A stretch of DNA of 62,931 nucleotides, the filler included, from Bigelowiella natans CCMP2755 (taxonomy: Eukaryota > Protista > Cercozoa): assembly GCA_000320545.1 (NCBI GenBank). It is 6 parts of 6 records of this genome, joined end to end, with 100 filler letters (N's around TTAATTAATTAA, not from the genome) between each part and the next. Parts side by side here need not be neighbours in the genome. Positions count along the whole stretch, not along the records: positions 53,954 to 56,320 come from ADNK01000081.1; positions 56,421 to 62,931 come from ADNK01003071.1; 4 more parts are not named here. One strand, written 5' to 3'. The position numbers and the translations under genes are program-made. Numbering within the stretch: the stretch's first letter is position 1; every line of letters begins with the position of its first letter. The notes under the pieces are model-generated. The model saw nothing but the letters and a program-made list of their open reading frames with translations, did no database searches and was not told the origin of the DNA. This document shows, piece after piece, positions 53,854 to 62,931 of this stretch.

Positions 53854-54799
53854 NNNNNNNNNNNNNNNNNNNNNNNNNNNNNNNNNNNNNNNNNNNNTTA
53901 ATTAATTAANNNNNNNNNNNNNNNNNNNNNNNNNNNNNNNNNNNNNNNNNNNNATCTCATAGATGATGACAAGGAGAATGAGGGCTTGGATGGCCCCCGA
54001 TCTCATCCGGCGGCTGGCTGATGTAGAACCACAATGGCATTAAGCTTTGCACCTCACCCCAATGCAACTGTGCGCGCTGAATTACAGGCACCAAAACCAG
54101 AAAATCCCCGAACGCACTAGCCCACTAAGAGGAAATTATGATGGTCAAACCTCTGATAGCCCCTCCTCGTTCAATTAGCTCGCCGCACGACGGCGAGGAT
54201 GCAGAGTCAGCGCCCACACCCTTATTTCTCACTCATTTTTCGTCGACTTTGGAAAACAATCAGCCTTTGTAAACGCCGATTAAAAAATACGACATCCGAA
54301 TCCCTTATATTTCTACTGTGTGACAAAGAAATAGGGTTGTCGCAAGAAAGAGTATATCTTCAATTTCAAAAAACGTGGAATTAGGGAACGGAAATATCGC
54401 GTGTGCACTAGAAAGGGCTTGGCGGATTATTTTCCTATCGGAATGCAGGGGGATTCGATTCTGAGACGACCCTAATTTGGTCTTTTATCTAGAAACTTCT
54501 TATTCGAGTACCGGTAAACGTCTGCTCCTTCCTCAGAAGATTGTCGCATGAGAAAATAGCGAGAAGCCACAACAGCCACTACAACAGCTCGGAGCGCTTG
54601 GCTTCGTCTGGCAAAATTTATTTCGATGTTTTAACGAATAATGTTATTTTCGATTTAGAAACTTGACTGAACAGCAGAAGAAATCTGGAAAGTGTGTGCA
54701 ATGCAGAAGGGAGGGAGGGGGGAGAGGAGGAGCTTTGCAATAAATTGTGCCCCGTCCCTTGAGTGACACAGTGTGAATTTGCTGTCAGAATCTCCATCT

Positions 54800-55189
54800 G
54801 TCCGCGATCGTAGAAGGGGAAAATGGAGCTTCCAGACGCGCCAGCACTTGTACTTCGGAGGGTGCGAGGGGAGAGGAGAGGGCTCTGGGATAACAAGAGA
54901 CTATTTGTTTACATAACGTGGAAGAAAGAAATGGAGAGAGCGTGAGAGCGACATCTGAAGAGAAATCTGTTTAAATACCATTATTCTCGCAGGAAAGGGA
55001 TTTATCCCTAATATATGCTGCTGGCCGAGCTGACATCGAAACCGACTCCGACAGCGATACTGATGGCGACGATGATGCCAATGGAGGACCCCGTACCACT
55101 GAAATTGTTAAAGGCGTCGAGGAGATGCCGCAAATGTTTCGGAGAGCTAGCGAGGTGATGATAATGAGTATTGTTAGTCACGAACTCGA

Positions 55190-55264
<75 letters not shown>

Positions 55265-56320
55265 TATATCTTTGTAGGAGGGAGGAAGGGAGGGAGGGAG
55301 GGAGAGTTAACATGGCAAACCGACACACGCACAAACTTATCTATAAATTAAGCGATACTACTTCACATAAACGATGAATGGCTTCCTCTCAGTTGATGCT
55401 CAGAGGACGAAAGATTCGGTCTGCCGTCATAAAAATCAACGAAGAAAGCAAGAGCAAAGAAGTAGAGACGATGTCTGAAGATGAGAAGGAAAAACAAGAC
55501 GCCCAAGCTGCTATTCCACAATCGGTAAAACGTCGTCAAAATCGAGCCTTTTTCATCGAAAAGCCTCTTTTCTTCACCTAGTGCTAATTTAATTCACGAC
55601 ACCCCCCCCACCCCACCCCCTTTCCCCCGACTTTAGCGTTCCATGACAAGGGGGATGGATCGAGGAACAATAGGAGGTAGTGCCTCCAGGAAAAAAGCTA
55701 AGAAAGGAAGCTCTACAAGAAGTGCGGGGGGCGGAGGCCTCTTGTTTGGCGCTGCTGCTCCCCGTTCTTCTAGCACGGTCAAAGCTACAACTGGGGTGGG
55801 AGAGAAGCAGAAGCAGCAGCAGCAGCAGCAGCAGCTACGTGCTCTTTTACCAGGCGAGAAGAAAGCTGAATTGGCAGTTGATGCCGCTGTGGCCTCTAGC
55901 CACCAGAAAGAGACGCTGCGGTTGCGGGGCGATTCGAACATAAGCGAGGCAGTTTCTACGATCAAGATGGAAGAAAAGGAAAAGGATGAGGAGAACACTG
56001 CTGAGAAGGCCATGGGCGTGAGCCAGCCCAAGAGGATGGGCAAAGAGGAGGACGAGAAGGAGGAGAAGAAAAGCGTTTCACGAGGTAGTAGGCGGGATGG
56101 CGGTGTAAGCTCTCGCATACGGAAAGTAGCTGAAAAGCTGAATAATATGGGCATTAAACCTGACAGGTAAACACTTATCAGCGGTAGCTTCTTCAGAGGA
56201 GGGTTGGGGGACGGGGTGAGGAGCAGAGGGTGCTGGGAGGCCTGCTTAGCTTGCTGCGGACGCTCTGCAGCTGCCCCCTCCCCCCAAAACCTTGAAGGGC
56301 CATACGAAGCGGTGTTGATG
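54800..56320 (+). CDS. Hypothetical low-complexity protein, partial
   Basis: Exon-like segments at about 54993-55153, 55393-55524 and 55637-56166 with GT-AG boundaries. No family recognised. Confidence 0.45.
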
Positions 56321-56420
56321 NNNNNNNNNNNNNNNNNNNNNNNNNNNNNNNNNNNNNNNNNNNNTTAATTAATTAANNNNNNNNNNNNNNNNNNNNNNNN
56401 NNNNNNNNNNNNNNNNNNNN

Positions 56421-56703
56421 TAGTTGGTAATGCAGAGATTACATCGCAGCAAATGCTTCAAGGTTTGCACATTTTGCTTCTCAGGTACAGCCATTCACAC
56501 ACACACACATACACACACAAATACACACGATACCCAAATGGCAGTGCGCGAAGGGAGTAGGTGATGTTTCTCTCCCCCCCTTTACGTGAGAGAACCTTCG
56601 GCCCAAAACTTAGAAAAAAGACATCGCAGACAAACGAATGATTTGTTTGCTATCGACCAATCCCTCATATGCTTTAAAGGGAGGTGAAGGCAAATAAATA
56701 AAT

Positions 56704-56776
<73 letters not shown>

Positions 56777-56995
56777 TTGGGCGTGGTTATAATGGTTTGA
56801 TATATGATATGTTGGAGCTGTGAAAGGAAAAATGGCTGACCCAATCGCATACTCCTTGATTCGCATCGACTGAGTAGTAGTGTGAGGAGTAACACAAGCA
56901 ATGAGGAAGCATCGTTGCTTCTTTAGTTCGCAGTTTACAAGTGTCAATATATACCAATAGTATCTTACTAATCTAGTCAATAATACTAATAATAG

Positions 56996-57059
<64 letters not shown>

Positions 57060-58089
57060 TTATATATGTACATAGCCTCTGAACGGAATTGATAAGCGAG
57101 AGATCAAGCACCTGTGATAGTGCCGTGTAGAAGTGCCCGCCCTCGTGAAACGCGACAGCCTGAAAAGCCGACGGCAGCAAGGGTGAGAGACGTACGGCCC
57201 GCACAGAGCTACAGGCAAACACGCAGAGCCACGAGTGTCCTTTTCTTGCTCTCTAGACGCGACGCACGTCGCGTCTACCGCAGGAATCGGGGCATGCATG
57301 AAATGCAAGCAGCGGTGTGCAACCAGGGAAATGAGCAGCCATCCTGCGGAATTCGAGGCGAACTTCCCTGCGACGTCCTCAAGACCGACGTTTGCGGATA
57401 AATCCCTGCGTGAGCGTCGTAGATGCCGCCGCCCGGGTCTCCCCCCCGCCCCCCTCCTGTTCCCATCCGATATCGTGCCTACCAATGGGGGCCACTCCTG
57501 GCTGTTTAAGGGCGGGAGATGTCATTGCAGATACCCTGATCTTCCCCTGGGGTACAAGATGAGCGTCACGGGTTCTTGCCAACGAACGACACTTGATAAT
57601 GTGTGTGGTACTACTATACTATACCACCAGGTAACGTACCTAGGAATGTCCGCCCGGTATTCCTACTGTTTGATGAATGGCCGCGAACATGGATGGAGGA
57701 TCGACTGGAAGCGAGAGAGCCAAGCGTCCCTCCTGACAGCACGTAGCACGTTGAGAGCGAGATTTGCTTGCATAAAGCGAAGAATTCGGTGAATGAAAGG
57801 GAGAAATGCCCAAGCACATATAGTAACTTTGTTTATCATAAGCCTATGAAATTGGCGCGATCAGCAACGCATAAGCAAATAAAAGTGCTTCCCCCGAGCT
57901 ACGTGGAACCCACGTATCACCACCCCCTCAAATTATCAGCCCGCTACGACAAAACAAGGTTCCCTCGCCAGGTGCCAAAACCCAACCCAAAAAAGCCGCC
58001 CGATCACCTCCAGACGCCCTCGCTCCCGCATCGGCCGCAGGCGGGAGGACGGCGAGGAGAAGCAGGGCAGGGAGGGGTAGGAGGGCCAT
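56421..58089 (-). CDS. rseP: Plastid-targeted M50 site-2 metalloprotease (RseP/AraSP-like), 3' part lost in the gap
   Basis: Signal peptide MALLPLPALLLLAVLPPAADA, a Ser/Arg-rich transit-like exon, then AFHEGGHFYTALSQ/SMRIKEYAIG/FGPKVLS (HExGH and F/Y-x-IGFGP motifs). Confidence 0.88.
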
Positions 58090-58294
58090 TCTTCCACTCT
58101 CTCTCTTTCAGAAGCAGACGAAAGGCGAACTTCGGACGCGGCGGCTCTCCCGACATTCTCGGGGATTACAACACAAATATAGGTGATAAATTATCAGCGA
58201 CAACTGTATTCCCATGTCGCATTGTTGTATGATGTGATACGTTGTCGCGTAGGACAAAACGGCATTCGTTTGCGGCTTTTTGAAAGCCTCAAAA

Positions 58295-60294
58295 ATGATG
58301 AGCAGAGCGATCCTGGCCGTTCTTTGCCTCTCAGGGTCGGGTCCCCCCCCTTCACGTCGTCGCCACGTGCCCGAATGCCTTTCCTCGTCGTACAACCAGT
58401 CCGGCCGCCGCCGGGATTCTGATGATCTCCCCCTGTGTTTTTGGTTCGGTTCAGGGCGTATGGCGTCGCGCGCACGCGCCCATCCGCAAGAGCTGTCGCG
58501 CAACAAGTAAGAGCAACGTCGAGCGCTCTCGCCCCTTTCTCCCAATGTGGGGGAAGGAGTGCGCGCCCGGCTACTCTGAGGAGGTTGACACTGGCAAGGG
58601 CCGAGAGAAGTGGCGAGTTCAGCCGGAGGGAGGTCTCTCTTAGCAGTTTCAATGCGAAAACTTGCTTATAACCTCATTATCGTCGCCGTCCTTCCTCTTT
58701 TCTAAACATTACGTGTAGCTTATGGGAGCTGGTGGGGTTGGGCTCTTCTCCTTGGCTGGTTCTCAGCGGGAAGCGATGGCCGATGAACCAGAGGTGAAAA
58801 CGGCACCGAGCCACGACATTGGTTGGTAGAGTGAAGGAATGAGCTGCTTTGTGTTGTGCATAATAACTGTTAGACTAGCATATTTTATGGTACGGCATTT
58901 CCTCCTGGGACCTACGGAGGCTATGACCCCGACGCTAAAAACAAAGCGGTGCGTAATAGAGCAGCGAGAGCAGGGGAGGGGAGGAGGAGGGGGGTATTTC
59001 CCCGAAGGTAGGAGTCCGGGTGGTGGCTTGTCAGTGGCATGTGATACGCATGAAAGTAGCGGCACTACTCTTTCATCGCCCACCGTCTTCAACGACAGGG
59101 ATTTATAAGCCTCACACGATTCACTGAAATCGTCGTACGACTACTGCCGCCTCTGATTATTATTATGATTATAATTTTTATTAGTACTATTATTATTTTG
59201 ATATTATTAACGTGAACACGGATGATATTGCAGGTCTACACGTTCGAGTTCCCAGCGGGCTGGAAAACCGATCCCCCCTCAAAGGTACATCATCGTGCGT
59301 CGAAGGGCATGGATGCTAAGCTACTGCTACGCCGCCATCAATGACTACTGATAGAACGGCTCAATCATGATCAGCTCCGAGAATCACTAATGCGCGTGCG
59401 CGCCAATATAGAGCATATATTAGCATCATCACCTGACTTTATGTATGTGTGAGTGAAGGGGGGGGGGGGGGGGATTGGTTGTTGACAACGCTAGTTAACT
59501 AGCACTCGCGTTTCCCCCCCTTTGATTCTATTCATTGTTCTTCGGATTTACTCACACGTACTGTTTTGTCAGGTCGAAAAGGGGACCAAAGGTAGTAGTA
59601 GTAGTACCCCGTAGCTGATGAACCGCTGCTCTCCCTCCCCATCATCGATGACAATACCCTTCGATCCAAATCAAAGAGAGCTAGCAGACTGAAAGCACAC
59701 ACTCGCATCTATCCAGCTCCTCCTCATTGATGCTTTGTACACCGACCTTGCATGCCTTTTGAACAGGTATCGATGGGCGCGTATTTAACCCTTCTGTAGC
59801 AAAGAAAGGCCAGCAGGTACTACTACGTGTATAGCGGCCAACGGCAATGGAAAGATAATGAAAGAGAAAATATGCTGATGGTGATGATCGTGATGATAGT
59901 CCTGTGGTAGTGTGAGAACGTCGTCGTCAAACTGGCCTGTACTTCGCCTAACATCGCTGCACAACCCAATCTCACCCCCCCGCCCCCCTCTCTCCCAATT
60001 AGGCTTTCGTGATCGTGCTCAGCAGGGCAGGGGAGGACAACAAAAGCTTCAAGCTGAAGGGTATGTCGTCCTATCATCACTCGTAGCTCATCTTGCGGTT
60101 TGTTCTGGAAAATGGAGTCAGCATGCACGAGCCCAATGCCTCAAATTAGTTTATATTTATTGATATATAATGTGTGCCGTTGAGGGAGGGGGTACGGGGT
60201 GGGCTTGGCAGCTTTCTCAGCTATGACTACTTGTAGACACTGAGAGCACGTTCTCTGGATTTGTTATTGCTGATCCTGACCTCCAGGTCAATAG

Positions 60295-60333
<39 letters not shown>

Positions 60334-60366
60334 AATGTGTGTGTGTGTACTGCTTTCATTGTTGAC

Positions 60367-60406
<40 letters not shown>

Positions 60407-60765
60407 GTGGCACTAGAGAACGCTGATGAAGTGAAACAAAGCTCAAGGTTGCAATCTCCAGCAGCAGTAGTGTAGTAGTAGTTGTAGTAGTAGTAGTAGT
60501 AGTAGTAGTGGTAATGATAGTAGTGTCTAAAATCGTTAAAGAAAGAGGCTAGCAAGGTGCCGGCGACGTCATTAAAGCGTATGATGTTATGGCCATACAT
60601 TATGGGTGCGAATGTATACTTATCTTTGTGGGTAGGTATGTGTGCGTTTGTGTTTGATGTGTGGTGGCCTTCGCGTTTTCCTCCCTCTTCGCATTTTCAT
60701 TCAGAACTGTGGGAGGACTGGATTTCTTCGACTATGAGATTGTGGGCGCTGGGGTGATAAGAAAT

Positions 60766-60819
<54 letters not shown>

Positions 60820-60977
60820 CGTTCATCGTCGTCGTCACCGCTACTATCATTCCCATTGCAATTATCAACATTCGCCTCCACCATCGCCAACTTCAATGGG
60901 AAATGATGACAGCATGAAGGGAGGGGAGACGGGGGAGAAATAGCCCTCTCAATCCATAAAATAAAATGACGCACACA

Positions 60978-61013
<36 letters not shown>

Positions 61014-61410
61014 ATATCGGGAGAGCGGTACGGGTAATGAGGGAGGGGCACAACATAGCTGAGCTGACTAATTCTATGTGTTGTGCGCGACAAAAAGAAC
61101 AACTATTTTTCGAGCATCACGGTCAACAACGAAGGCAAGCTCTTCGCACTATTCGTCAAGGTAAGTGCGCCAGTTGTAGCAGAGCAGAGTAGAAGTTGGA
61201 GGTCATATAAAGCAGCACGCATATCTTAGATATGTGTTGATTCAGTGTGTGGCGTGGTGTGCCATGAGCGTGCTTTCGTAATGTTATGATCGAGGAACTA
61301 ACAATCGTGCGTCTCGTTATTCTACGATGCAGTCACCGCAGAGCCTCTTCAACAAAGAGAAAGCCGCCCTCCGAAAAATCGTGGATACGTTCCAGCTCAC
61401 AGGACGATGA
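58295..61410 (+). CDS. PPD4: PsbP-domain protein (PPD4-like), thylakoid lumen
   Basis: Signal MMSRAILAVLCLSGAYG, transit segment, twin-Arg SRRE plus hydrophobic ..AMA, then YTFEFPAGW..SK/VEKGTK/GIDGRVFNP..DLQ..FFDYEIVG..SITVNNEGKLFALFVK/SP..IVDTF. Confidence 0.88.
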
Positions 61411-62119
61411 GTAAGGCGGACCCCATTGCGAAGGCTGCTCAATACGTAATTGAGATATAATTTATAAAAAATGGATGTTGTGTGCTTGAAGCATCAGTGA
61501 TCTTGCATAGAGTAGCTAGCAGCGCTTGCAATAAATGCCTGAACAAGCTAGAACATGAATGTCGTTGGTTGCCGTCACATCATCGCATGTCTGCTACTAG
61601 CTTGGTGTGTACGTACATCTTGCCACAAATGTTCGTGTGCGCAACACATAGATTATTTCCGCAGCTATTATAGCTAGTAACAATCATGTACGCTAGTACG
61701 TATTGTTCATGCATGGTGTGCGCATCATGACCCGCATGCGACGGCACGCATGCACTTATTGTCGTACTTTGAACCATGCATGCGAATTATTACTGACGCG
61801 TGCGTGTATGTATATATACATTGGACACCTGCTTGTACATATAGCACACGTCTACACAGGACGTGCATAGCTGTGGATGATTGAGTAGACGCTTGCTAGC
61901 TTGCTGTCGTACACATAATAATTCTAGAAGTGGTACGCACATGCATGGTTTAGGCAAGCATGTATCATAAGCAGACATTCATGCAGACTATGAGGCAACA
62001 GCAAGTCTGTGAATGGAGATTCAGCATCGTAACAGCACTAGCAGGCAGGAGCGTTGTTTACGTAAAGAAGCATCGCAATGCCGTGTCTATTTCCATTCGG
62101 TCTAGTAGCCACTTAATTC

Positions 62120-62812
62120 TATTTTTTAAATCTTCCCCTCGGATACTCGCTCCGGTTTTTTTTCTAATTATACTTAATCCGCTATCGAAGTAAAATGCTA
62201 TTTTATTTTAGCAGAGGATGCTGTTCGGAGCCGTGCGTGTTGCTTTTAGCCCGTCGATTTGCTCGACCGCGTACAGCAATGTATGCATGCAGCGGTATTA
62301 TGTCTAATGACTGTCGCCCCGCCCCTCCCCCCCCCCCCCCCCCTTCTTTTATTCCACTTCCCCGCCCTCCGTGTCGGGCAACATCCTTGCTTCGAACGTG
62401 GGCTCACCATCCCGAGGGGAGGGAGGAGTTCCTTCGTTGTCATCCCCATCTCCTCTTTCGAGGCCGAGGCTACGGTGAACCTGCTGCCGGAGGGGGGCGC
62501 GCCGGCGCTGATGCAGCTCCAGCGATGCGTCTCCTATCGGCGCATGTTCGCCTTTTTCTTCTCTTTCTTCTTCTTCTTCTTCTTCTTCTTCTTCTTCTTC
62601 CTCCACAACCCTTGCGAACGCGGGGGAGGATGCCGACGGCGAGAGGCTTCTACTACCGCCGTTAGGCGTCGTTCCTGTTAGGCCCCCCCCCTTTCCTCCG
62701 TTGCCTCTCGAAAGCGCGCATGAGATCCCTGACCTCGAGCGGGGTCTCCGGAGGTTCCCTCTTCGCCCTATCGTCGAGGATATTGACAGCTTCTGCCGCA
62801 AGAGGGCCTGGT
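62120..62812 (-). CDS. 3' exons of an uncharacterised gene with a poly-Glu tract
   Basis: GC-rich 150-aa ORF at 62349-62801 with splice-like boundaries. The 5' part lies outside the window. Confidence 0.4.
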
Positions 62813-62931
62813 AGGGGTTGTTTTCCGGTTTTTGGGGGGAGTTGGGGGGGGGACCAAAGGTATCAGAACAAGGAGGGTTTTTGTATTTAGGGGGGGGGGG
62901 GGGGGGGGAGGGAGGAAAAGGAAGGTTCGGT

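Noticed and set aside
56130-56170. PPR protein suggested by NMGIKPD
   Set aside because: Only one short motif before the gap, and no in-frame continuation of a PPR repeat could be established.

Overview
Intron-rich nuclear DNA from a flagellated eukaryotic alga with a complex (secondary) plastid. The signal-peptide plus transit-peptide N-termini, weak donor sites and microsatellite-filled introns suggest a chlorarachniophyte-like organism (inference). Five artificial 100-nt N/TTAATTAATTAA spacers join contigs. Recognisable genes: a secreted Cys-rich protein, an ankyrin-repeat gene, an OTU deubiquitinase, plastid RF3 (prfC), KLHDC4/Kel3-like with an FN3 insert, DRC7, RSL1D1, a bromodomain-ET protein, a CHORD protein, ELMOD, PSMD9/NAS2, ERMARD, a GT8 glycosyltransferase, a plastid RseP-like M50 protease and PsbP-domain PPD4. 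There are also three pieces of one LINE-like family. Two observations stand out. (1) The ankyrin gene at 5374-7847 is a tandem array of about 180-bp units, each a 99-nt exon encoding exactly one repeat plus an 80-nt phase-1 intron. The scaffold is nearly invariant, the binding-surface codons are hypervariable and the exons are mosaics of each other, which makes it a candidate exon-shuffling, natural DARPin-like recognition system. (2) Sharply bounded tracts, mostly repeat-derived or intergenic, have lost almost all TpA through TA->TG/CA transitions, the mirror image of fungal RIP. The direction is shown directly by paralogue pairs inside this window. Exon boundaries were read by eye and outer coordinates of multi-exon genes are approximate.
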